Shown piece by piece: positions 27,634 to 36,988 of a stretch of 64,000 bases of DNA. The DNA is from Acidimicrobiales bacterium (lineage in GTDB: Bacteria > Actinomycetota > Acidimicrobiia > Acidimicrobiales > Bog-793). Under the pieces are notes generated by a model, which was not told the origin of the DNA, ran no database searches, and was given only the letters and a program-made list of their open reading frames with translations. Location: NCBI GenBank assembly GCA_035625025.1, contig DASPQJ010000041.1, forward strand, positions 1,679 through 65,678, written 5' to 3'. How positions within the stretch are numbered: position 1 is the stretch's first letter; the number at the start of each line of letters is the position of its first letter. The position numbers were made by a program, and so were the translations under genes.

Positions 27634-28128
27634 GTGACTGGGAGAAGGCGGCGCCTGGAGAGGTTCGAGTTCGTACCCGACGACTCGGCGATGGTCGTGG
27701 CCTGCATGACCCAGCTGGCCGCGGCCCGGAACGGCTGGATCAACCTGTTGCCCGGGATCGTCGACGACGAAGAGGGTCCGTCGATGCCGACCGGCCTTAC
27801 CGCCCTCTTCGGCGCCGGAAACCCCGGGGTCACGATGTGCACGTGGGTCCCGGCCGGTTCAGACCGCCGCGGACGTGACCCGACGAGGCTCGGCATCATG
27901 CACGCCTGTGGCCGGGGCGCCAGCGACCGATTGCGCGCCCGGGACATTGCGATCCCGGAGGGCTGGTTCGTCGAGCAGAACCACCCCCGACGCGGGCTGG
28001 TCATCCGCGTGCCGCCGGGTGAGCCCCACGAGGTGGTGCTCGACTGGACGCTGCGGGCCGGGAGAGCGCTGTGCAACGTGCGCCTCACCGGGACGTGGGA
28101 AGCGGAGGTCCACTTTCCGCCCGGCTAG
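27634..28128 (+). CDS. hypothetical protein, no recognisable family
   Basis: Distal part of track ORF 27421..28128. Third codon positions are G/C-rich throughout. Start uncertain (GTG 27634 or ATG 27691) and no clear Shine-Dalgarno sequence. Confidence 0.55.
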   Translation: MTGRRRRLERFEFVPDDSAMVVACMTQLAAARNGWINLLPGIVDDEEGPSMPTGLTALFGAGNPGVTMCTWVPAGSDRRGRDPTRLGIMHACGRGASDRLRARDIAIPEGWFVEQNHPRRGLVIRVPPGEPHEVVLDWTLRAGRALCNVRLTGTWEAEVHFPPG

Positions 28129-28340
28129 CGAGCTCCGCCCGCCGGACCGGGGAGCCGTCCCCCCGGCTGAGGCCCGGCGTTTCACGGTCGGGGCGAACGA
28201 GTCCGAGCGGCCCCGGGCGACGGCGGCTCGCCGGTGAGACCGCGTGGCAAGACGCTTCTCCCGGCGCCGATTTCGAACCTTTTCATCCCGCCGAGCGTCT
28301 ATAGGGCACGAGATTCGCGCCCGACCAGGAGGCCAAGTCT

Positions 28341-28880
28341 GTGAGATCGCGCCCGCCACGTCTTCGGTATCGCTCGGGCCTTGCTCTCGTGGCGCTCATC
28401 GCCGGGGCGATGCTCCTCGCCGCGGGAGGGAGCGCCGACGCCACCGCCCGCCCGGCCATTTCGCCGGCTTCGTCGGCGCGCGGTCCTTCGCTCTGCGATT
28501 CGATCGCCCAACTCGATCGCCTCGTCGTGCGGCGCACCGACGCCTTCCCGAAGAACCTCCGCCTCTTCACCTTCGCCGACTCCGTCACCGTCGGCCAGGC
28601 CGCGGCGGTCCGCGCCGTGGCGAAGGCACTCTGCGCGCTGCCGAAGATGCCGGTCGGCGCGATGCTCTGTCCGGCCGATTTCGGGATCACCTACGAGCTC
28701 GCGTTCTTCGCGCCCGGCCGGGCGTTCCCGACGGTCGGCGTCGGGGCGACGGGATGCCAGGCGGTCCACGGTCTCGGCCCGGCCCGCTGGGTCCGGTCTT
28801 CCGGGTTCTGGAAGGTCCTCGGCCGTGCCATGGGACTCGCCCACCCCGACGACACGACGTTCGCCGGCCGGTCCTTCTGA
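28341..28880 (+). CDS. hypothetical secreted protein with 4 Cys
   Basis: GTG start 8 nt after AGGAGG. Signal peptide RSGLALVALIAGAMLLAAGGSADA. The mature part of about 145 aa has Cys in SLCDS, ALCALP, MLCPAD and TGCQAV. No family recognised. Confidence 0.7.
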   Translation: MRSRPPRLRYRSGLALVALIAGAMLLAAGGSADATARPAISPASSARGPSLCDSIAQLDRLVVRRTDAFPKNLRLFTFADSVTVGQAAAVRAVAKALCALPKMPVGAMLCPADFGITYELAFFAPGRAFPTVGVGATGCQAVHGLGPARWVRSSGFWKVLGRAMGLAHPDDTTFAGRSF

Positions 28881-28911
28881 CGCCGTGACGGACTGACCGC
28901 GCCCTTCCGCC

Positions 28912-29937
28912 TCAGCGCGTCGAGAAGCGCAACACGATCTCGTCGTGGGTACGCCGGGGCGGTCCTTCCCGCCCGCATTCGACCGGGCCCTCGGCGGCGG
29001 CCGCGACGACCGACGGCCAAAAGCGCGACGCCTCCTCGTTCGCCACGTCGTAGGCGACCTCCCAACGGCCGGGGCGCCGCGTAAAGAGCATCGCCGCCGC
29101 GCGCCGGCCGACCCCGACACGGCGATGGGCCCGCAGGACGAAGGACCGGGCGACTTCGCTCGCCCCGTCGGGCCGCGATCGAGCCAGGACGAACCCCGCG
29201 AGCCCCCCGGCGTGACGGATCAACCACGCCGCCCGGTCGGGCTCTTCGAAGTGCCGGTCCACGCAGCGGTGGACCGCGGTACCGTCCGTGCCGAACTCAT
29301 CAGGACGGATCGCCGAGAAGTCGTACCGGTCGAGCTGGAGGAGCCTTCCCAGCTCGGCCCTGTCCTTCTCGGCGACCTTGTCGAGAACGACCTCGCCCAG
29401 GTCCTTGGGCCAACCTGCCGACGCGGGAGCGGCGTTCCCCTCGCCGGTGAGCTCGCGAGCGAGCTCGATCTCGTCGTGGAGCGCGATGCCGTCGAGGCCG
29501 ACCTCGGGAATGCCGGGTTTCAGGGCCCGCGCCCTGTCGACCGCGCCGACGTGGACGGCGACGAGCCGGAACCCGCGTCGCTGATAAAAACGCAGGGCCG
29601 CACCGTTGTCGTTCGTCGTCACCAGCGTGACCCGGTGGCAGTGACGCCCTCTCGCCAACTCCTCCACCGCGGCGAGAAGGCCCGTGCCGACGCCGACCGA
29701 CGGGCGGAGGGCGTCGAGGGTCACGACCTCGATCTGGCGATCGGATTCCCGGAAGGTCACGAGACCCACCCGTTCTCCGTCGACCTCGGCGACGAAGCCC
29801 GGGAGTCGGGCCGCGTCGAACAACTGGCCGCGAGTGACGATGCTCGCCGCACCCCACCGTGCGACGAGCACTTCCTCCACCCAGGCCCGGTCCGCATCCT
29901 GCAGATCGTGCACGTCGGCACGCGGAGCCCGCCTCAC
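28912..29937 (-). CDS. fusion of two GNAT-type acetyltransferase domains
   Basis: 341-aa track ORF. The N-terminal half has RPSVGVGTGLLAAVEELARGR..LRFYQRRGF. The C-terminal half has VLRAHRRVGVGRRAA and a COG5628-like tail. Confidence 0.8.
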   Translation of the reverse strand: MRRAPRADVHDLQDADRAWVEEVLVARWGAASIVTRGQLFDAARLPGFVAEVDGERVGLVTFRESDRQIEVVTLDALRPSVGVGTGLLAAVEELARGRHCHRVTLVTTNDNGAALRFYQRRGFRLVAVHVGAVDRARALKPGIPEVGLDGIALHDEIELARELTGEGNAAPASAGWPKDLGEVVLDKVAEKDRAELGRLLQLDRYDFSAIRPDEFGTDGTAVHRCVDRHFEEPDRAAWLIRHAGGLAGFVLARSRPDGASEVARSFVLRAHRRVGVGRRAAAMLFTRRPGRWEVAYDVANEEASRFWPSVVAAAAEGPVECGREGPPRRTHDEIVLRFSTR

Positions 29938-30013
29938 GAAAGCGCCTCTTTTCGCCCCAGGGCGGTCCTCGGGCCCCGGACGGAGCTGTCGCCCCCGCCC
30001 GGCGGACCGCAGA

Positions 30014-30772
30014 TCACGGGTTCGGCGCGACCCCGGTGCGCACGACCGAACTGTGCCAGGACGGCCAGACCAGCCGGCGCAGGCCCCACCAAGTCACGAG
30101 CACGAACGCCTCGACGACGGTGAAGGTCGACATCTTCGAGGACCCGGCGACACGGTCGACGAAGTGGATCGGCACTTCGACGACCCCGGTCCCGGCATGG
30201 CGGGCGAGCATCGTCATCTCGACCTGGAAGCCGTAACTGTCGGCGTGCACGCGGTCGAGGTCGACCCGACGCAACTGTGTCGCCGAATAGACGCGGAACC
30301 CCGCCGTCGAGTCCTCGACGCCGAGCCCGAGGAGCACCTTGGCGTAGATGTTTCCGAGACGCGAGATGAGGCGGCGCGAGAACGACCAGTTCGGGATGGA
30401 GCCGCCGGGGACGTAGCGCGAGCCGATGACGAGACCGACACCGTCGTCGAGCGCCGCGAGGAGCTCGGGGAGCGCGCGGGGGTCGTGCGAGAAATCCGAG
30501 TCCATCTCGACGAAGGCTTCGTAACCGCGCTCCAATCCCCAGCGGAATCCGTCGCGATAGGCGGGACCGAGCCCCTTCTTCGCCGGTCGTCGCAGCACCT
30601 CGATTCCGCCGAGGTCCGCCCCGACCTTCTCGGCGATCTCGGCGGTCCCGTCCGGGCTCGAGTCGTCAACGACGAGGATCGTGGCCTGCGCGACGACTTC
30701 GCGCACCGTGCGGAGCATCGCCTCGATGTTCTCGCGCTCGTTGTACGTCGGGAGGACGACGAGCACGCGCAC
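30014..30772 (-). CDS. ppm1: polyprenol monophosphomannose synthase (GT2, Ppm1/DPM1-like)
   Basis: 252-aa track ORF. Motifs: VVLPTYNEREN, VVDDSSPDGT, MDSDFSHDP, TAGFRVY. Confidence 0.88.
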   Translation of the reverse strand: MRVLVVLPTYNERENIEAMLRTVREVVAQATILVVDDSSPDGTAEIAEKVGADLGGIEVLRRPAKKGLGPAYRDGFRWGLERGYEAFVEMDSDFSHDPRALPELLAALDDGVGLVIGSRYVPGGSIPNWSFSRRLISRLGNIYAKVLLGLGVEDSTAGFRVYSATQLRRVDLDRVHADSYGFQVEMTMLARHAGTGVVEVPIHFVDRVAGSSKMSTFTVVEAFVLVTWWGLRRLVWPSWHSSVVRTGVAPNP

Positions 30773-30781
30773 GGCAAGACC

Positions 30782-31900
30782 CTACCCTTCGACGGCCTCC
30801 CCGCTTTGCCGCGCCGGAGCGCGCCGCCGCTCGGCGAGGAGCTCGCGCCCCGCGACCGGAAGCGATCCGGCCGCCGGGACGGCGGGGATCGCGCCGGCGA
30901 CCGCACCGAAGGTCGCGCCGACGATCTTTTCGGCCTCGACGCCGACGAGCACCGCGAGGAGCACCGCGCGCGGCGGGAGCCGGACCGCGCCCGAGACGAT
31001 GGGGGGGCAGAGGGCGTCGTTCTCGACCTGCCGCTAGACGAGCAAGACGACGATCGTCACGATCCCCGCGACGATGGAGCGCCAGAACGCCACCTTGACG
31101 GTCCGCACCCCGGCGGATAGTCCCCCGACGAGCGGCAGGAACTCGCCGACCCCGACCCAGACGGCGCGGCGGGGCGCGAAGGGCACGCCGGTCGCCCCGA
31201 GGGTCGCGAACACGACGAGCCCGCCGAGCACGGAGGTGACGAGAACGCCGATCACAAACCCGGTCACCTCGCGGCCACCGCCGCGGTCACCCGCCGGTCC
31301 CGGGCCGGGGGCTCCGCGGTCATGAGGTGGATACGCCCTCGTCGCTGGCGGGCCCCTCGAGGAGCGCGAAGGACGGAAGGAAAGCGATCGTCACGAGACC
31401 GACGATGCCCGACAGGACGGTCCTGCCGACGGCGAGGGCCGGCTTGGAGAGCTGGGCGGTCGCGCTCTCGAGGTTGGGGACGTGGCGGCGTGCCAGCTTT
31501 CGGGATGGAAGCGCGTGCTGAGGGGGCCGACCGCTCCCCGGCCGTGCTGGGCGGCGGGCCCCAGCCGGGGCGGGTCGGGCACGAAGCGGGTCACCGACGA
31601 GACGAGCGGGGGGAAGAGCAGGTGGCCGAGGACCGACGCCAGAACGACGAGGACCCGTAGACGATGAAGATCGCCCTGACGCGCCCGAACCCCGGCGCCA
31701 GAGGATCCGGACGAAGGGGTTGAAGAGACCGCCCTAGATAGAGACGAAGATCAGAACAATCGTCGCCCGCCGCCGCCCGGCGAGAAGAGCGGTGACGAGA
31801 ACTCCGAGACCAGGCAGACGAAGACCGCGCCCCCCAGGACGAGCCACTCCGTGGCGCAGTTGGGGCCGTGATCGCGGCATCCCGCGCGCCCCGCGCGCGT
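30782..31900 (-). pseudogene. AI-2E (PerM/YhhT) family transporter, disrupted by in-frame stops and frameshifts
   Basis: The C-terminal part is one frame interrupted by TAG 31034-31036: ..GVGEFLPLVGGLSAGV..IVVLLV*RQVENDALCPPIVSGAVRLPPRAVLLAVLVGVEAEKIVGATFGAVAGAIPAV.. Further upstream, RGLRLPGLGVLVTALL..IVLIFVSI* (TAG 31734-31736) and ..VLSGIVGLVTIAFLPSFALLEGP.. lie in another frame, and HLMTAEPPARDRRVTAAVAAR lies in a third. The 5' boundary is uncertain. Confidence 0.7.
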
Positions 31901-31924
31901 CCGGCCGACCGGCTTCGGGGCCTC

Positions 31925-31963
31925 GTTTCCGGACCCCGGTCAAGCTGACCGGGGTCCGGAAAC
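31925..31963. repeat. perfect 18-bp/3-nt/18-bp inverted repeat (hairpin or operator)
   Basis: gtttccggaccccggtca-agc-tgaccggggtccggaaac. All 18 pairs were checked base by base. It lies 70 nt upstream of the 32033 GTG and inside or next to the 5' end of the decayed AI-2E gene. Confidence 0.9.
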
Positions 31964-32032
31964 CGTGCATTTCCGCTCGTCGCGGCGGGCGGCGATTGAC
32001 GGCTGGCATCGCCGACGTGGAAGCATGGTCCG

Positions 32033-33136
32033 GTGCCTGACGAGGCCAAGACCTCCCTGCGGTCCCGCTGGCGGGCGATCGTGCCGGCGCCGCTACGCCA
32101 CGGGATCCTCATCTTCCTGGTCGTCATCGTCGTCGAGTACCTCGTCGTGCCGGAGCTCATCGGCGCGAGCCGGAACATCCACTACCTCGAGAGGCTGAAC
32201 GTCGGCTGGCTCGTCGCGGGCGTCGGGTTCGAGGCGTTCTCGCTTTTCGCCTACGCCCTTCTGACGTGGACCGTGCTGCCCGGGCACCGCCCGCGCGTCT
32301 CGCGCGTGTTCCGGATCGACCTGGCGACGACCGCGGTCGCCCACACTGTCCCCGGGGGGTCGGCGGCCTCGGCGGGGCTCGGTTATCGCCTTCTGACCGG
32401 GGAGGGGGTCAGCGGCACGGACGCGGGCTTCACGATGGCGACCCAGGGGATCGGCTCGGCGGTCGTGCTCAACGTGATGCTCTGGCTCGCCCTGGTGATC
32501 TCGATCCCGATCGCCGGGTTCCACACCATCTACGTCGTCGTCGCCCTCCTCGGCATGATCGCCCTCGGGTTCTTCGCCGTCCTCATCTACTTCCTCACCC
32601 GGGGCGAAGATCCCGCGATACGCCTCGTGCGGCGCGTCGGGGTGGCGATCCCCCGGGTCCGACCGGACCGTTTCGAGGCGACCTTCCGTCACATCGCCGA
32701 ATCGCTGCGGACGCTGACGACGAACCGCGACCGGCTGCGCGCCGCGCTCGGCTGGGCGGCAACGAACTGGCTGCTCGATGCCGCCGCCTTGTGGTCGTTC
32801 CTCGCCGCGCTCGGCCGCTACGTCAACCCGATCGAACTCTTCGCCGCCTACGGCATCGCCAACGTGCTCGCCGCCATCCCGATCACCCCCGGCGGCCTCG
32901 GCTTCGTCGAGGCCTCGCTCCCGCTCCTGCTGGCGAGCTTCGGCGTGACGAAGAACGTCGCGCTCCTCAGCGTCCTCGGCTGGCGGATCGTCAACTTCTG
33001 GCTGCCGATCCCCGTCGGGGCCGTCTCCTACCTGTCGCTGAAGCTCCACCGCGGCGAGGGATGGCGCGCCAGCAGGCGGGCGCTCGCCGAGCTCACCGTC
33101 CGGCTGCCCCCGCCGGAGCCCCCGCCGGCGACGTAG
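32033..33136 (+). CDS. UPF0104 / lysylphosphatidylglycerol-synthase-TM-region (flippase-like) membrane protein
   Basis: 367-aa track ORF with many TM helices. The C-terminal motif AAYGIANVLAAIPITPGGLGFVEASL is typical of this family. Confidence 0.8.
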   Translation: MPDEAKTSLRSRWRAIVPAPLRHGILIFLVVIVVEYLVVPELIGASRNIHYLERLNVGWLVAGVGFEAFSLFAYALLTWTVLPGHRPRVSRVFRIDLATTAVAHTVPGGSAASAGLGYRLLTGEGVSGTDAGFTMATQGIGSAVVLNVMLWLALVISIPIAGFHTIYVVVALLGMIALGFFAVLIYFLTRGEDPAIRLVRRVGVAIPRVRPDRFEATFRHIAESLRTLTTNRDRLRAALGWAATNWLLDAAALWSFLAALGRYVNPIELFAAYGIANVLAAIPITPGGLGFVEASLPLLLASFGVTKNVALLSVLGWRIVNFWLPIPVGAVSYLSLKLHRGEGWRASRRALAELTVRLPPPEPPPAT

Positions 33137-33139
33137 GGC

Positions 33140-34729
33140 TCAACCGAGGCCCGAGCCCCCTGGCGCGACGAGGTCGAGACCGGGGCGCGGCCTCGCCTCG
33201 ACGACGAAGGCGCACGCCACGTCGAAGGTGCGCTCGAAAAGCGCCATCTTGCGCCGGACGGTCCACAGCTCGAGTTCCGGCTCGGCTGCGGCGCCGAGCA
33301 CGAGGGCGAGCTGGCGGTTGACGCCGAGCGGTCGGGCCGTGATCGCCTGGACGAGCCCGCGGTGCGAGGCGTCGAGACTGTCGGCGATTCGCAAGAGCGC
33401 CGTCAGCGCGACGGCGTGGGCGCGATCGGGCTTGCGCAGCTGGGCGAACGGCTCGTAGGAGAGCTTCGGGGTGCCGCGGACGTGGTAGCGGCCCATCGTC
33501 GCGAGGATCCGGACCTCCTGGGGCGAGAAACCCCGCAGGCCCCCGTTCTCGATGAGATAGGCGCTGTGGCGGTCGTGGTTCTGCCGGCTGATGTGCTCGC
33601 CGACGTCGTGGAGCAACGCCCCGAACTCGAGAAGTTCGCGCTCCGCGGGACCGAGCCCATGGATCGGGGCCGTGGCGTCGAACAGCTGCAGGCTGAGCGC
33701 CGCGACCTGGCGGGCGTGCGGCTGACGCCAGTTCGAACGGCGACACAGGGCGAGAACGGACCACCGCCTGAGGGCCCGGGGGTCGCCGAGGAGCTCGACA
33801 CGGTCGCGGGAGCCGATGGCGTCGAGCACGATCCCCTCCCGGAGCGACCAGTCGCTCACCGTCAGCGCGTCGAGGTGGGTCGCCCCCATCAGGTACTCGA
33901 GGACGGCCATCCCCGCCGGCATCAGATCGACGCGACGCGGCTCGGCTCCGGGGAGCTTGGCCCGCTCGCTCGCGGAAGCGGAGTAGATGCGGTCGCGCAG
34001 TGCCTCGATCTCGTCCCGCCCCACCGTCAGCTGGTTGACCGACTCCACGACGACGCCGTCGCGTAGCGCCGCAGCCATACGGGCGAGCGCGACGAAGGTC
34101 CCCGACGAGCCGATCAGCTGGCGGGGCCGAGGCGTGAGGATCTCGTCGAGGACCGGCTCGATCGTGCCGGAGATCCGCGCCCGCAAGCGTCGCAAGTCCT
34201 TGTCGGTCGGCGGGTCGTTGGCGACGAGCTCGGCGGTGAGCCGGCCGACGCCGAGGTGGACGCTCGTCGCGAACACGAGCTCGGCCCGGTCGCCGACGGT
34301 GAGCTCGAGACTGCCGCCCCCGAGGTCGGCGGCGAGGGCCGGACCGGGGTCGATGAGGATGCTCGAGCGGATCGCCCGGAAGATGAGCTCGGCCTCCCGG
34401 GTGCCGTCGACGACGACGATTCTTACGCCCGTTTCCAGGCGCACCCGGTCGACGAGCGCTCCCCCGTCGAGCGCCTCGCGGATCGCCGAGGTGCCCAGCG
34501 CGATGATCTCGTCGGCCCCGTTCGCCTCGGCGATCGACTTGAAATGGGCGATGACCTTGATCGCCGCCTCCGTCGCCAGGCGGCCAATGACGCGCTCGCG
34601 GGCGACGAGGTCCCCGAGCCGCAGCATCTCCTTCTCCCGGACGAGAGGCAGGAAGCTGCCGTCGGGGCGCGTCTCGACGACGATCATGTGGAACGAGTTG
34701 CTGCCGAGGTCGAGCGCGGCGATCCGCAC
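33140..34729 (-). CDS. ppx: Ppx/GppA-family phosphatase with C-terminal HD domain
   Basis: 529-aa track ORF. Motifs: RIAALDLGSNSFHM, DLGGGSLE, HDVGEHISRQNHDRHSAYLI. Confidence 0.9.
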   Translation of the reverse strand: MRIAALDLGSNSFHMIVVETRPDGSFLPLVREKEMLRLGDLVARERVIGRLATEAAIKVIAHFKSIAEANGADEIIALGTSAIREALDGGALVDRVRLETGVRIVVVDGTREAELIFRAIRSSILIDPGPALAADLGGGSLELTVGDRAELVFATSVHLGVGRLTAELVANDPPTDKDLRRLRARISGTIEPVLDEILTPRPRQLIGSSGTFVALARMAAALRDGVVVESVNQLTVGRDEIEALRDRIYSASASERAKLPGAEPRRVDLMPAGMAVLEYLMGATHLDALTVSDWSLREGIVLDAIGSRDRVELLGDPRALRRWSVLALCRRSNWRQPHARQVAALSLQLFDATAPIHGLGPAERELLEFGALLHDVGEHISRQNHDRHSAYLIENGGLRGFSPQEVRILATMGRYHVRGTPKLSYEPFAQLRKPDRAHAVALTALLRIADSLDASHRGLVQAITARPLGVNRQLALVLGAAAEPELELWTVRRKMALFERTFDVACAFVVEARPRPGLDLVAPGGSGLG

Positions 34730-34736
34730 CGGGTGA

Positions 34737-36941
34737 CTAGACCGCGGCGTCGGCCCGCCGGCGGCGCGAGCGCTCTCGGGCCAGCTCTTCCAGACGGCGC
34801 TGGGCGCACAGGCCCACGACGCGCGCCACCCGCGACCAGGTCCCGTCGGCGTGCAGCTCCCAGGACGACTCGTCGTCGGCGAGATCGAGCGTCAAGATGT
34901 CCTCGAGACGCCCGCACAGCTCGGGGTCGCGCACCGGGACGACCGCCTCGATCCGGTGGTCGAGGTTGCGCTCCATCAAGTCCGCCGAGCCGATGAAGTA
35001 CTCGGCCGGGTTGCCGGCCCCGGGCAGCGAATCGGACCGCTCGAGCGCCGTCGCGGCGAGGACCTCGGCCGAGGGCACCCCGAAGCGGTAGATCCGGGAG
35101 TGCTCGAGGTAGCGACCGACGATCGACTTCTCCGTGATCGTCGCCGACAAGCCGGGGATCCCCGGCCGCAGGCAGCAGATGCCCCGGACAAGGAGCTGGA
35201 TCCGCACCCCCGCCTGGGAGGCCGCGTAGAGGGCGTCGACGATCGCGGGGTCCGTCAGTCCGTTCGCCTTGATGACGATCGAACCCGCGCTTCCGGCGTC
35301 GCGCTCACGGGCGATCCTCTCGAGCACCCAGGAACGGAACCGGGAGGGCGCGAGGATCAGCGCGTGGGTCTCGACCGAGCGTGAGAACCCCGTCAGGCGG
35401 TTGAAAAGAGCGGTGAGGTCCTCGCCGAGCTGGGCGTCGGCGGTCAGCAGACCGAGGTCCTCGTAGATGCGGGCGGTGACGGAGTTGTAGTTCCCCGTCC
35501 CGATGTGGCAGTAGCGGCGGATCCCGTCCTCCTCCCGGCGCACGACGAGGGCCGTCTTGGAGTGGGTCTTCAGGCCCACGACGCCGTAGACGACGTGGAC
35601 GCCGGCCTCTTCGAGTTGCCGCGCCCAGGTGATGTTGCGCTGCTCGTCGAAGCGGGCCTGCAGCTCCACGAGCGCGGCGACCTGCTTGCCGGACTCCGCG
35701 GCGCGGACGAGCGCCGTGACGAAGGGGGCATCGCCCGAGGTCCGGTACAGCGTCTGCTTGATCGCCAACACGTCGGGGTCGGCGGCGGCCTGGGAGAGGA
35801 ACTCCTCGACCGACGAGGCGAAGGAGTCGTAGGGGAGGTGGACGAGGACGTCCCGCTCCCGCAGCACGGAAAAGATGTCGACGGGGGCGCCGGTCTCCGT
35901 CATGAGACGGGGAGGTGGGCGCGGCGAGTACGACGGCTGGCCGAGATCGGGACGGTCGAGCCCGGCGATCGCCCAGAGCTCGCCGAGGTCGAGCGGCGCC
36001 GCCGAGCAGTAGACGTCGACCTCGTCGAGCTCGAGCTCGTGGCGCAAAAACTCGACGATCTCGGGAGGCATCCCCGGCCCGACCTCGAGCCGGACGGCCC
36101 GGCCGAAACGCCTCCGGCGCAGCTCGTACTCGACCGCGGCCAGAAGGTCGTCGTCCTCGGCTTCGTCGAGTTCGAGGTCGGCGTTGCGCGTGACGCGGAA
36201 CGTGTGCCACGACCCGATCCGCATCTGCGGGAACAGATCCCGGAGGTGTGCCGCGATCACCTGTTCGAGGAGCACGAAGCGCGTCCCCTCGACGCCGACG
36301 AAGCGCGGCAGCAACGGCGGGATCTTCACCCGCGCGAAGCGGTTCTCCCCGGTGACGGGGTCCTCGACGGAGACGGCGAGGTTGAGCGAGAGGTTCGAGA
36401 TGTACGGGAAGGGGTGCCCGGGATCGACCGCGAGCGGCGTGAGGACCGGGAACATCTCGCGGGCGAAGCGCTCCCTCAGCTCGCGGCGGTCCTCCGGGCT
36501 GAGATCGGGGTAGTCGACGATCTCGATGCCCGCCGCCGAGAGCTCCGGCCGGACGGCGTCGTTGAAGATCCGGGCCTGGGTCTCGACGAGTCCCGACACC
36601 CGCCCCCGCACCGCGTCGAGCGTCTCGAGGACGGAGCGGCCGTCGGGGAAGCGCTTGCGGACCCCGGCGGCGAGCTGGTTCTTCAGCCCCGCCACCCGGA
36701 CCTGGAAGAACTCGTCCAGCCCGGTCGAGGAGATGGCGAGGAACTTCGCCCGCTCGAGGAGCGGCAGCTCGGCGTCGCCGGCGAGATCGAGGACCCGGGC
36801 CGCGAACTCGAGCCAGGACAGCTCCCGGTTCAGATAGCGCGCCGGGCCGAAGCTCTCCGGCCCGGCGGCGGCCGCCGGGCCGTCGCCGACCGGCGCGACG
36901 GGCCGAGCGGTCTCGACGAGGGGCTCCGGGGCCATCGGCAC
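34737..36941 (-). CDS. ppk: polyphosphate kinase 1
   Basis: 734-aa track ORF. Motifs: YLNRELSWLEFAARVL, LDEFFQVRVAGLK, GTGNYN, HSRIYRF. Start is GTG 36941 or ATG 36935. Confidence 0.93.
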   Translation of the reverse strand: MPMAPEPLVETARPVAPVGDGPAAAAGPESFGPARYLNRELSWLEFAARVLDLAGDAELPLLERAKFLAISSTGLDEFFQVRVAGLKNQLAAGVRKRFPDGRSVLETLDAVRGRVSGLVETQARIFNDAVRPELSAAGIEIVDYPDLSPEDRRELRERFAREMFPVLTPLAVDPGHPFPYISNLSLNLAVSVEDPVTGENRFARVKIPPLLPRFVGVEGTRFVLLEQVIAAHLRDLFPQMRIGSWHTFRVTRNADLELDEAEDDDLLAAVEYELRRRRFGRAVRLEVGPGMPPEIVEFLRHELELDEVDVYCSAAPLDLGELWAIAGLDRPDLGQPSYSPRPPPRLMTETGAPVDIFSVLRERDVLVHLPYDSFASSVEEFLSQAAADPDVLAIKQTLYRTSGDAPFVTALVRAAESGKQVAALVELQARFDEQRNITWARQLEEAGVHVVYGVVGLKTHSKTALVVRREEDGIRRYCHIGTGNYNSVTARIYEDLGLLTADAQLGEDLTALFNRLTGFSRSVETHALILAPSRFRSWVLERIARERDAGSAGSIVIKANGLTDPAIVDALYAASQAGVRIQLLVRGICCLRPGIPGLSATITEKSIVGRYLEHSRIYRFGVPSAEVLAATALERSDSLPGAGNPAEYFIGSADLMERNLDHRIEAVVPVRDPELCGRLEDILTLDLADDESSWELHADGTWSRVARVVGLCAQRRLEELARERSRRRRADAAV

Positions 36942-36988
36942 AGGTTACCTGGCCAGGGACGAAGCTCCTCTTCAACTACCGTAGGGTC

